Shown piece by piece: positions 13,146 through 26,399 of a stretch of DNA of 61,496 nt. Source of the stretch: Ginkgo biloba (lineage: Eukaryota; Plantae; Ginkgophyta). Below the pieces are notes generated by a model. It saw only the letters and a program-made list of their open reading frames with translations. It was not told the DNA's origin and did no database searches. The translations under genes and the position numbers were made by a program. The stretch lies in NCBI GenBank assembly GCA_024626585.2, contig JANKJI020000002.1, positions 92,747,469 to 92,808,964 of the forward strand, given 5' to 3'. Position 1 is the stretch's first letter. Each line of letters begins with the position of its first letter.

Positions 13146-13963
13146 CCAATGGATAATAGGATACAACTGGAATTTCAAATTGTAATACAAATATCAACCT
13201 CCTATTAATGAAGATTGAAATGTTACACATTGAAATGTTATTCATCAAGTTCTGAAATGTTTTTAATTTTCATTGGAGATTTTTATGTCTGCCGTAAAGT
13301 TTTCTTTATATGTTTAGAAAATTGTATTCCCAATGGATAATGGGATACAACTGGAATTTCAAATTGTAATACAAAAATCCATAGATGTTTATTGTAAAAT
13401 TGTCCGACGGTTGGAATTCAATTGGCGTTAGCAAAATAAATGTCAAAAGTGAAGCTAAAAAAATGATATTGGAGAAAAGTGTCGGATTGATTTCAGTAAG
13501 GATTATTAAAAGTCATTCAAAATAAAATAAAATAAATCCAACAAGATTACGAGGTTAACAAGTTGCTGTTTTTAATGTTCTTTACCCTTCATTTGTAAAT
13601 ATATAAAAGATATCAACCTTCTATCAATTAAGATATCGACATAAAATACCCTTTTTATGTTCAATGTAGTTTAAGAAAATATCAACCTCCTATGAATTAA
13701 GATTTAAAAGAAATAAAAAATAAAAATGCTGACCAGTTGATAAGCAGAGATATCTTATTTCATTACAATTTGTGAACCCAATATTCAGGAAAGTACAATA
13801 CTCGTAAATTGGGCAGACTGACATCAAGAAGGTTATAAATTGGAGATCTAAAGATGCTGTTTTTACACATTGAAATGTTATTCATCAAGTTCTGAAATGT
13901 TTTTAATTTTCATAGTAGATTTTTATATCTGCCGTAAAGTTTTCTTTATATGTTTAGAAAATT
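13146..13963. repeat. Dispersed short direct repeats upstream of the MADS 42-bp exon
   Basis: About 99-bp repeat at 13225-13323 and 13865-13963; about 46-bp repeat at 13146-13191 and 13330-13375; atatcaacctyctat motif three times (about 13191, 13610, 13679). Confidence 0.85.
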
Positions 13964-14127
13964 TATGGACTACCATTGTCTGTCGTCTCCCGCGTTGGTC
14001 GAAATCCGTTCAAAATCAGAGATTTTTGTTTTGAAAAAAATGTAATAAGCTGATGCAAACACAGAATTTTCGAATGACTCTTAGAAAACAGACACTCTTC
14101 ATATTCCAGTTTTTTTCATACTTACAA

Positions 14128-14371
14128 GATTCGGGCATTTATCAGAAATTGTGAATAAAACACAATTTTCCCTGTAAGTACTGGAACCAAAATTACAATA
14201 TGAACACCATAAGAGTGAGACCAACTAAACAGAGGGGCCATGAAATGTAACTGTTTCCTCTGTAAATGATTCGGGCATTTATCAGAAATTGTAAATAAAA
14301 CACAATTTTCCCTAGAAGTACTGCAAACAAAATTACAATATGAAATGTAACTGTTTCCTCTGTAAATGATT
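14128..14371. repeat. Interleaved local duplication
   Basis: About 77-bp unit at 14128-14204 and 14268-14344; 32-bp unit at 14240-14271 and 14340-14371. Confidence 0.85.
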
Positions 14372-15419
14372 GCTCTGCTCGCAACTGTCTCTTTCTTCAT
14401 GTTCTCATGTTGCACTGAACATGAGAACAACAACTCATAAAAGGTCTTAATTTGAACATGATGGATCAGCAAATCCATTATTACAGAGGAGAGCAAGAAC
14501 CAAATAGGCCACGAGACTAATAAAAGTTTGAAATAAATACAGCTTCTTCATGCCTACTATTACATACCTAACGCTGGATCTGGGAATCTGTGATATTTTT
14601 GCGATGTTTTACCGTTAAAAATTATTTTTTACTGATCACAGTAGGATGAGCGAGAGAGAAAAGCCTAAGTGTACGACTCTTCTACACTTTTTCGTTGCTA
14701 CGTAGCGAGAGCAATGGCTTCAAATTCCGCCGATGCTGGGTGGACAGGTATCAAAGTATTAAAAAGTTAAATGTACAATATTATTAGGCTTCTTAATCTA
14801 TTGTCTTTATCCACTGCGCGCAAACAACGGAGGAGAAAATGACGAAAAAATTAATATGGTCACTAATAATATTCATCATGATTGATTTTTGGATGGTGGT
14901 ATTTTTTTGTTGCTAATGTGGTGATTAAAATGATTGATTACAAAGTGCATAATGGTGATTACAATTGCAATAGTGAAAAAATACTTGAAATACCCTCTTT
15001 GAACTTTTGGTTGCTTTTTTGTAATGAAGAAAAGTTGCCGCTAAGAATTAGCATGAGCTACTAAGCATTTCATTTCTTAAAATATCTTTATTCTTGGAAT
15101 GTTTGGTTGTTTTCAGTCCTTCCAAAAAGCAACTGAGAAAAGACCGCATTGGGTACCATGCATTTCAGCAATTCTTACTTTAACTGGGATGCATTTTACA
15201 AATGAGCATAAATGGGGGCCGGCGCTTAGAAAACACCATGACAATCCATTCTCGAGGGCTGCTGCTCTGGCAAGTGGTAGCACATGGCTGTCAGCTCTTA
15301 TCAACGCTAATGAAAGGTGTTGTACTAATTATTGTAACTTGCAGCCTTTAACTATCTTTTACTTGTTGTATATGTAATTGTAGGAGTATGTTTTCTTCTT
15401 TTGTAGTTGAAATAGTTCT

Positions 15420-16150
15420 AATTATATGATAGAATCAAAAGAACAATTGTAGAAAGGCTAGCTGGTTCTTAAATACAATAGGAGATATAGACACCCATTC
15501 TCCAAAATTACCACATGGAGAAGAGGGGCAAGTCAAAATCCCAAACCACCCCCCAAAAATAGAAATACAAATGAAAACCCTTGTACACACAATGGTGAAG
15601 CATTTACCCACCCCTACATCTATCTACTGCCTTTGCAACATTAGATTGCCCTAGAGGACAATTGAGGTCCATAAGAGGAATTTGGTGTGGCTAAGAGGAA
15701 GTATCTTCCTAAAAAATTATCCTCTTACCTCTATCCAACTATTTGCCTCTACTCCTGTGAGAGCAAAGTGGGTAGTGAACAACATGCTATTGAGTGCAAT
15801 GATGCCTAGTAGAGTGCAAAATTGAACATGTTGAACCAAAAACCAAAGAATGTTGATACCCAAAATCTTGCCTAACCAAGAACATTTGGCATGATGTAAA
15901 TCTGTGATCTAGGGCAATACATTTTTTAGGAAATCAACCTCTAAGCATTGAGCTTGGACTAAATCTAAGTATTCGTAGAAATAATCAACAAATAATACAT
16001 CTTCAATCATACTTGGCCTGCATATCATATATTTTCTAGAAGTTCTGGCCATTGTCCACCATTGAATTTCACACAATTTTACATTGAAGATTATGTGAAT
16101 TAGTTCTACATGCACGGTTGAAACTCTAATATCACAAAGGACCAATTATC
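15420..16150 (-). mobile_element. Possible LINE 3' remnant (zf-RVT/RNase H region)
   Basis: HIIFNVKLCEIQWW resembles HxFFxCxxxxxxW; weak REGNxxAD-like trace near 15650. Confidence 0.3.
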
Positions 16151-16889
16151 ATTAAATACGATCGACATGCAAATGAAATGTAAATCATAAGTGAATAGTA
16201 TCATTATGCAGTGATTGTTGGGTGAAATGTTTCTTTAAGGAATTTGATGATCAACATGTCATTACAAACATCATGTGAGTGGCATCTTGTAATGACCCAA
16301 ACAAGTAATCACTAAATGAAAACAAATTATATAGTTTCATGTACAGAGTAAATTCCCTAATTTAATGTCCAAATTCAATAGAAATGAAAAATACTTCATG
16401 ACAAGATTAAAATATATCAAGATTATGGTCAAGTTAAGAGTGAAGAGGTCAAAGCGTAAGAGCACTTGCTTCCACAACAAACTTTTTCTAGTTAGAAAAA
16501 TATCATGAAATAAGGACAAATTTTGATGACTAAAACAAGGAAGATTGGGCCTATTTATACCACAAATTGTTGTGCTTTGCACAAGTTTGCTCATAAGTTT
16601 ATTGAAATAATAAAATCAAGTCCTGATGGCTCTTAATGTCTTACGACTCTAGTGTTCTCTATTTAGCTCCCCCATGTGGGATATTTATGTTGTTTTAAGG
16701 CTTGTTAGTCTATATCACACAAGAGTCTTGTGTTTTTGTCTCTTATGCCTATGTTGTGACTTGGGTAGACAACGTGCCTTCCCATTTTAAGTTGCCTTGT
16801 CCTAAAAGCATTGGTGAGTAAGGATGGACTTAAATTAATATTATGGTCTTGAATTATCTTTGAGCAAAGTTGTTTTATTTTCATCTTCA

Positions 16890-17520
16890 AAATTCCTTCT
16901 AGTCAGGGAATCAACCTTCCTTCTCAATCAAGCACTAGTATTTCCATTTGTGTGATTATTCTATGCCCAATCTACATTTCAGACACGAGACAAGAAATAT
17001 ATCATGAATTCATCCTTAGTTTGATAGGTCTAATAGGTGTTCAACCTATTTTTCCTTAATTTGCACTTTGTATGGGCCATAGAACCTTACCACGAGTTTC
17101 TACTTTTTGTTTGATTTTAGAGATGCTTCCTTATATGAATGATAGAAGACGCATACCATGTTCCCTATGTTAATTGATCTAAGTCCCATGTAGTTTTGGT
17201 TTACTTGTTTCTTCATCCTAGCCATATTTAGATGGTCCTTTAATATGCTTAGTATGTTTTATGATTCTTTAATCTTGTCGTATGCCACCCATACTTTGGA
17301 GTATTGTAGGAGATAATCTTTCATAGATGGAGATGAATATCCATATGGTTCCATGAATGGAAGCATCTTAATTACCATATGATAGGTTCTATTATATGAA
17401 TATTTTTGCTAGGTGTATCCACTTTGTACATTTGTTTTGATTATCTTTGGTGTATTCCAAAAGATACCCTTCAAGAAATTTCTTTACTACTTTATTTTGG
17501 TCATACTAATGTGTTATAGA
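16890..17520 (-). mobile_element. Ty3/gypsy integrase C-terminal remnant
   Basis: Minus-strand LKDHLNMARMKKQVNQ and RFYGPYKV (GPF/Y module) at about 17065-17090. Confidence 0.65.
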
Positions 17521-18339
17521 GATATGTATCATTGAATAACAATCCAAAATAGAGCAAGCGAAAGACTTGATGGACTAGATACACCAAAAAAGAGGCTCTA
17601 AAGTTTGATAGAAGTTGATTTACATCTTTGGGATGCTTAAAGAAGGCTATAAAAACTAATTGAAACTGAGGTGTCTCTAATTGGGATCAAATTATGAGTT
17701 GAATTAGTCTTTGGTTGAAAAATATAGGACAACACACCTTTTTCAAGCTATGTCATACTTTTCCTATTCACATTGTGCATTTGTTAAATGTCAATGCTGC
17801 AATGTTTTTTTGCAATTATGCACCTTCACTTGTCCGATTTGAAAGTTTAAAAACAATCACTGTTTTGGATCTGTCGTGCACATCACAACTAGAATTATGA
17901 TGAATAGAGATATGGTACAAACATGATAGTGAATGAGGATATTTTGATCTATGTATGAATAAAAGGGAATATAAATAGCCAATAGATTCCACAAGATTTA
18001 GAAAATAGAAAATAAGAACAAAAGATGCAAAGTCTCTCTTAATTCTTGAACTCAATTTTTGAGTTATTGAATTCTTTTATTATGACAAAGACAACCCTAA
18101 TACGCTGTTTTAAAGAAAATCCTAATCTAACAATAGAATTTAGAAAAACCTAATGTAAAATGAGAAACTATTTATGATTAGCTAGTAATTAAATATGAAA
18201 GAATAGGAATCAAATCCTATTCTAAAATTATTTACTTGCACAGTTAATATATTCTAGCTAAGTGTATCATAGGCCTTAGTTGAACAAGCTTACAATTAAA
18301 TAAGTAAGCAAATAACTAAATAATGATGTGAAATGTAAG

Positions 18340-19714
18340 GGAATGAGGAAAGATGAATGCATAATACATCAATTCGTTTGTCCTTAACTGAAATGGTTCC
18401 CATTTTAATAGAAAGAAGTGAAGGTAGCTCTTTTCTTATGCATCAAATAGATGTTAGATGAGTAGAGAGTAATAGAATGGTAACATATTTGAGAGGGTAG
18501 CTCATCCAACACAAGAAGTAGCATTGGGGAGGGAAGCTCACCTAATATATATCCCACAATTGTAATTGATGAACTCTCACATGGGATAAGTATTGGGCGT
18601 AATTGTCAATCAAGGGATATTCAAAATAAATGAGTCCCTTTAATGGTGGCTAGAATAGAATCTCCATATTAGAGGATGAATAATAACTTAATCCCTATAA
18701 GATACTTGGAAGTTGTTGTACCCCTTTAATTTCCTACAGAAGGTCATGTAGTGATGGAAGACTAGTAAGTTATGGTTTATTCTCAAAAGTATAAGTAAGC
18801 TTCTTAGCCTTCTTAGGAGAGACCAACTAGACTAAACTAGAAAGAGAAGTTAGATAATAGATGAAACCATCCTTCTTTAAACGATACTTGTTGGTCCTAC
18901 CATAATTGATAGCATGTCTATCGATATGGAAAGTAAAACCCAATAACATTTCACAACAATCCATAGGGACCGCATCATAAGTCACCTCATCAATGTAAGA
19001 CTAAATGGAAAAATACACAGTGCAAACTCTATCCACCTAACTATGAGAACCCAATCCAAAATATAAGGTGAAGGATGCAACTAATTTGGAAGTTGAAGCT
19101 TCTGTATCAATTGTGATGAGATGAGATTCTTCAAGTGATCCTTACCTTGGGCTCTTTGCCTACCAAAGATGAATATGTATTGATAATGGTCAAGGTATTG
19201 TCACTGGAGATCCACAACATGGTCCCCATCCTCTTGTACCAAGAGGTTTTGCTTATTTAAATATTTATTCATCATATTTAAGTAACACTCCTCTATTGTA
19301 TGGCCATAGCACTTATGATTCTTGTAATATTGTGTCTAATCAATTATCCTTCCATTCCCCTTACCACTTGAGGGATGCTTGTCTCTCCTGATACGAAAGA
19401 GTTAGAAGATGATCAATTACTCTTTTTAGAGGTGTAGAAGAAAGAATAGATAGGAGAATTAGAAGCGAGGATTTTCTTATGGAGATTTTGCTCCACCTTC
19501 AAAGCATAATTGTATGCTTTATCCAAAGTCGTCATAGGAATGAGATCTAGTTCCTACTTACAAACTAAAACGAGTCCTCCAATAAACTTAAGAGCTAGTA
19601 TCTCATCAGTCTTGTCAATGCTTAGTTGAATATTGAGTTTTTGAAACTCATTAATATATTCCTACATTGAATGTCTTGTAGTGTAACACAAATGTTGCCA
19701 TCTCATAGTGAGTT
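18340..19714 (-). mobile_element. CRM-like Ty3/gypsy gag-protease-RT start, degenerate
   Basis: gag EYINEFQKLNIQLSIDKTDEILALKFIGGL...LDKAYNYALKVE; protease YIDEVTYDAVPMDCCEMLLG...DRHAINYGRTNKY. Confidence 0.75.
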
Positions 19715-22700
19715 NNNNNNNNNNNNNNNNNNNNNNNNNNNNNNNNNNNNNNNNNNNNNNNNNNNNNNNNNNNNNNNNNNNNNNNNNNNNNNNNNNNNNN
19801 NNNNNNNNNNNNNNTAACAAGATGATATCTTATGGAAATTATTTTCCATGGGTATGTACTAGTATATATATATATAAGTATGTATATAATAGTTTTTAAT
19901 TCTAATGAATGAATTAGCTTAAATGTTACTAAGATAAACCCTAATTGTTAATTATTGAATATTGTAACATTGATTGGGGAAAAACACATAAGAGTTTGAT
20001 AGATATGAATAAATCATTACATTATGAGCCACATTGGAATATATAGGGTTAGTATTCAAAAGGTGTAATGAGTAGGTGATTTCTTTTATATAACCTTTCA
20101 TCTAACAACTAAGTAATCTTAAATATTAAACAAGAACTAGTACTAAGGTTATAATAATTACGCACATTACAAGTTGTCTACTCAAAACACACTTTCGACA
20201 TATAAGTCTTATGGCCCATATAATCTTAAAAACTAAATTTATTATATGGTTATTACAAATAGTTTTTAAGCTCTCATAGAGCCTACCATTTATGGTTATG
20301 CTAAGGCATATCAGAGTAGCTCTCTACCCAAATTCTAAAAAAAATAAAATAATAATATTTCTTTTAATCAATTTACTATATAATATATCTTAACAACACA
20401 TATCATTTTCCCAACCACCACTTAAAATTAATCAATATGAATTATACATTATCTCATCTCTTGACTATGCCATTCATATATTTTATTACACCCCATTGTC
20501 TATCCTCTGTTATATGATCTTTATTGCTCTCATTTTACAACCATTAATAGTTTAACATTGTCATTTAAACTACATCAAATTGATCCTTACACAAATCCAT
20601 TTCATCAACCTATACACACCAATTACTCGTTGTCTATTAGTGTAGTTTTCCTACCTTTGTCCCATGTTCTTATTCGTCCCTTACTCTCTAAGAACATACT
20701 TGTGCAAAGCACACAATAAACCTTGTGACTATTGAATAGTGGTTATAAAATTTTATATTGTTTCTCATTAGGTCCTTTCTTTATATTTATAAGAAGACTT
20801 GTTAATGATTAACAAAATGGAATTTTTGAACAATAAATTAAAACCAATAGTTTACCAATACCCATTGTACTCCACTAGTATGTAGATTTGATATAATTCA
20901 ATATTACATATGTTCTCTCTATTATGTTGTTATTATGGATGTGATTGTAATAAAATCCCTTATATAGGCTATATTAGTCACTCCATTGAATTATCACATG
21001 TATTTTTGTATTGACTAGTCATGTCCTCATTTATTCTTCTCTTGTAATTTCATCCATGTCTTATAACTATTTCACTCAATAGAAATATTAAGCTCCTTGT
21101 CACTATCTTGGGCAATGTTTGCGACCATCTTCTAATCAAGATGGGTTTATGATACTTAATTTAACTTTGTACATGTCCTTATTATCCAACATATTCCTCC
21201 TTCGTTGTCTTATTTATCTTAAATTCCTTGTTTTGTTTTATTTGTTTCTTTTCACTTTAATATGACCCCACCATAACTTTTATGCTAAAAAAATTTAGTT
21301 GGTTCATGTGTCACTATAATGAAGAGTTTGTAATACCTTATATTACATTGAAAAATAGTCATAACCAATTATTTATATCTACCCAATATATCACTATTGT
21401 CTTCATGTTGATTCTTTTTTTAATGTGTAAAATTACCTAGAATAAAGTTAAAACCCCAAGTTCTTTATAATTATTACAAGGTTAAAGGGTTAAAAGTTGT
21501 CCAAAATAAAAATGTTTACCTTTATTATTGGATTTTAATACTATCAATAATAACATAAACTTAAATACTATAAAAAGGAATTATTTCATGATGAAAGACT
21601 CAAATGATGATCTAGATATATTAGGCCTAAGAATTAGAGGAAAAATATTTTAAGGAAAATAATTGACCTTAGTAGAGAAGGGAGAAAGAAAATATGAATA
21701 AATGGAAGTCTTTTTCATCAAGTATGATAAGATGTTAGAATACATTCACGAGAAAAGATATTATTAACAATATATTTATGTTGTGAAGAAATATCCTCCA
21801 TATACTTTGTTAGACAAATTTCATATGTAATTATGGATAAACAAATATTACTTAAACGAATAATTTGTAGCTTAGAAGATCTATAGGACCTTCAAATATA
21901 AATGTATTGAATTATTTATTTCTATAATTTACAAGGGAGTTTGAGGTAGTATTATCAAGAAATCATAAAAAATGATATTGATTATAGCTATAAAAAATTG
22001 AAGTCTTGAATGAGCATGTTAAAAAAAGAACAATCACTTAAATAGATAATATCGAAATCATAGAAATAACAAGGGTTGGAAGATAAATTTGACAAATGTG
22101 TTCATAAACAATGGATTCCTGAAGAAGAGTAAGACTCATAAAATATCATTGATGAGGAATAATAATAAAGTCTAAGAAAAATAGGAACTTTATGATGTTA
22201 CTGGAGACAATTAACATAATATCCTCATCAAGATATTGAATAGAGTATAATAAGAGATTGCTAACATATTAAAAAATTAGGGATATGACCACTTATAGAT
22301 GTTCTTCTTATGAACACTTTGTGAAAAAAATACACTATGGGGAATGGAATTTTTTTTTATCAATGTGCATAAGATCCATAAAATTAGGTAATTACATAAA
22401 CTTTAGAAGCATTATAATAAATAATCAACATATTTTCAATCATGACCACGTTTAGGTATATTATAATCATTAAGAGATATTTTGTTTCCTTCAATGGAAT
22501 TAAATTTGAAAATATGTTGAATAGAGAAGTAAAATTTAATAAATAAAATCATGTTACAACCTTATAGTTAAAAAAGAATAAAGATGATAACCATGCTATT
22601 TGAGCCATGATAATAAAAATAGTGAAATAATAGACAAATACTTTAGGATAAGGAATTATAATTTGAACCTCAGGCCAACAAGAATGATCCTCAAGATAGC

Positions 22701-25700
22701 CCTCAAAAAGATTATATATACATAGTATTTGGCATTATAACAATAATTATTCATCCAAGGACCTTAGAAATCTACTCCACTAGTTCTATCTTCAATGTTG
22801 ATTATCATTGGTCAAATTCATTCTTCTACCATTTAAACGTTAGCTAAGATTTCTTCATTAATAATTTTGGGGCATCCCATGGAAATGCATGAGATTTATG
22901 AGAAAATATTGTGATCTTACAAAAATATAGTTATTAGTTCTTAATCAAACTTGAACAATCAAATGCATACTTAGACATCTGCCAAAGACATTAGACACTT
23001 GGCAAAGACATCACTCTTAATATTTTTAGAACAATTTCACACTGAAGAAAGGGCTCCAACTTTTATTCAAAATATTGAACTCGTATCCAAGAAATCTGAA
23101 GAAGACAATAATAATATGTAATCATATAACTTATAAAGATATATACAATATCTCATCAATCAAAGTAGTTATATTCTTAGATATGTTAGTAGTAGATTCC
23201 TATGAGTAAAATTATTGAGAAAATTTTTAAAAACTAGAAAGAGATATGACATTATTGAGTGCATCAAAATTCATCAAATTTATCTATGCTTTAATCATGT
23301 ATGAGCATCGACTGATTTTGCTAAAAATGGAGTCTTGTGGCCAAATTTTGAGAAGAGGATGAACATGCTTAAGCGAAAGGCTAGACATTTTAGCAAATAA
23401 TGTATGGGATTTGAGAAATGTGTGAAGAGGTTTTATCAAATGACCAAAGTAGAGTGAAAATGAAATTGGCCAATGCTATAGTAGGGAATTCATCAAATGG
23501 TAGAAGAAAGGCGATGAACAAGCCAAAGTTTCAACTAATAACAAAAACTTAACGCATGAAGAAAGTTGTTTGCCTAATGGATAAACGAGAGTGGCGAATG
23601 GTGTTAGGGTGGAAAAAATAACCATCGAGGCAATGAACAGGCCAAATATTGAGAAGAAATAAAAATAGGGAGAATAATTAGAGTAATGAGGAAAGTCAAT
23701 TGGCATACCAATCAAGTGGCTAAGTGAATGAAACCTAAGAACTAGTGAATGCATCACAATAGATAGGGGATTAATGGTGAATTAACATTAGCACTCAATG
23801 AATTAAATGTGGATACCAGACTACATTGCCAAAGTTAATCAGATTGATGCTATAGTTAATGGGGAATATTACTCCACCAACTAGTATGTTGAGTGGGTAG
23901 AGGAAGGTGGTAGGTGAGTTTCAATTTTTGTGGGGAGCGACATTAAGAGAAAGAAGGAGAATAAGGAGGATGAACCAGAGAGAGGAACATGTGGGAGTGG
24001 GTTGAGTAAGATATTCCAGAATGAAAAGGGAGTCTAGAGGACAGATGACATAAACAAGGTGTTGTAGGGGGAGGTTGAACTGGAGACCAAGAGAAAAAAC
24101 TAGGGGAAGAATTAAGGAGGAACCATTGAGGAGAACAAGTTCAAGAAAGTTGTGTTGACTAGAAAAAAATTCAATTATGTCTTTGGGATACATTCAGAAG
24201 AAAGTGGATATTTCATTGTGCATATTTGTAATTTCCCTCCAAGGAAGAATTAGATCCCTATAGTTATAATTCCCCTTTGGGGTTTTGTTGGTAAAATAAT
24301 TGAAGATTTAGATTTTGTGTGTATGGTTTCTTATATATATCTCTCTCTCCCATTATCTGTAAGAAAATTTTTACTAGTACACCCACATAGGTCATGAGTA
24401 AGGCCTCATTATCATTTTTCCTATGTCATATGGTATCAGATCATGTATCAGGTTAGGATTGAGTAATTATTGATTGTAGTGAGAAGAAAGTTTTGAAGTG
24501 GTAAGACAAGACGCTAGAGATGGAATCACAATAGCTAACAGGGATATTGAGTCTCTAAGGAGGAAAATTGAAGAGTTGGAGAATGAAACATAAATGTGTA
24601 GGCAAGGTGAAGATGAGGAGTTTGAATCTTAGGATAAAGAATAAGAACAACAAGAGAAAAGGCTTGAGTATGTAGGAGAATTATTGTTGGAAATATTGAA
24701 AGGAAAGAAACATGGAACAAAGATGGAAGTTCTAGAATTTGGAGTTAAGTTTGAATCTTGAGGGTTTCGTGCATTAGATTAGGACAATGGAGAAGTACTT
24801 AGAATGGGAAGATTTAGAGGGCCCCAAGTAAGTGAAATTTGCATGCACAAGGATGAAATGACATGTATCCATATGGTGGGAACATTTATAGAAAGAGAGG
24901 GTGAGAAACAATAAAGAAAAATTGAAGACTTAGAACAAGATGGTATCTAAGTTTAAAGGGAAACTCCTACTTCTTGATTATGAACAAAGATTTTTTAGGG
25001 AGTTTAAAAATTTGAAGCAGAGGGATAAAATTATATAGGGATATACGAATGAGTTCTACAAATTATTCATAAGGAGAAGACATGAGGAGAATGAGGCACA
25101 ATTGACAATAAGGTATGTGAATGGGTTGAGTTTTCCCATTCAGGATGAAATCACCATTCATCAGGTGAAGATGGTGGAAGAGGGATACCAATTGGTATTG
25201 AAGTTAGAAGAAAATTGGCCAGGTGTATGAGGAAGAGAAAAATTATGAAGGGTGCAAAATCCTCAGTCAAACAATAGAGAGGGGCAATGAGGATGTGGAG
25301 TAGCGAAGGTGGCTCTCGAGGTGAAAGAATAATCAGGTTCGATTATGAAATTTCATAAAGAATGAGAGAAGAATAAGTTTATCAATGAACTAGAGGATGA
25401 GGAGAGTTTGTACCATAGAGGGGATGAGGAACTGGAAGAAGATTCAATGTTCCAAGTAGACCAATAATTTTCTTAAGATGTGGAGTTGTAGTCCATACAA
25501 TGTTTGAATGCTCAATGAGAAATGGGAAAAGGCCAAGGAGAGAAGAACTAAGGGGAAATTTGGTTGAGGAGGAGGAGAGGCCTAAACCTACCATTATGGA
25601 AAAATCTTAAAAATTAATGGCTAACTAATTTTTGTTGGTTCCAAGAATGGACAAAGTGAGAAAACAATCCAAGTGGTGGTCAACAAATGAGTAAAGGAGG

Positions 25701-26399
25701 TTAGAAAATGNNNNNNNNNNNNNNNNNNNNNNNNNNNNNNNNNNNNNNNNNNNNNNNNNNNNNNNNNNNNNNNNNNNNNNNNNNNNNNNNNNNNNNNNNN
25801 NNNNNNNNNNNNNNNNNNNNNNNNNNNNNNNNNNNNNNNNNNNNNNNNNNNNNNNNNNNNNNNNNNNNNNNNNNNNNNNNNNNNNNNNNNNNNNNNNNNN
25901 NNNNNNNNNNNNNNNNNNNNNNNNNNNNNNNNNNNNNNNNNNNNNNNNNNNNNNNNNNNNNNNNNNNNNNNNNNNNNNNNNNNNNNNNNNNNNNNNNNNN
26001 NNNNNNNNNNNNNNNNNNNNNNNNNNNNNNNNNNNNNNNNNNNNNNNNNNNNNNNNNNNNNNNNNNNNNNNNNNNNNNNNNNNNNNNNNNNNNNNNNNNN
26101 NNNNNNNNNNNNNNNNNNNNNNNNNNNNNNNNNNNNNNNNNNNNNNNNNNNNNNNNNNNNNNNNNNNNNNNNNNNNNNNNNNNNNNNNNNNNNNNNNNNN
26201 NNNNNNNNNNNNNNNNNNNNNNNNNNNNNNNNNNNNNNNNNNNNNNNNNNNNNNNNNNNNNNNNNNNNNNNNNNNNNNNNNNNNNNNNNNNNNNNNNNNN
26301 NNNNNNTTCTTCTATCCATAAAATATTTTGATTTATGATGAATATTGATGGAGAAGAAGGTTTAAGATGAGCCACATGGATAGGTACTAGAAGAGGTGA

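Noticed and set aside
14126-14171. Minus-strand segment between CAG and GTAAGT as a K-domain exon
   Set aside because: 46 bp, wrong phase, lies in a local repeat and has no K-box similarity.
13146-14371. Repeats as a CRISPR-like array
   Set aside because: Eukaryotic context, irregular spacing, no constant repeat-spacer period.
14122-14496. 124-aa and 63-aa ORFs
   Set aside because: Open frames running through a local duplication; no recognisable domain.
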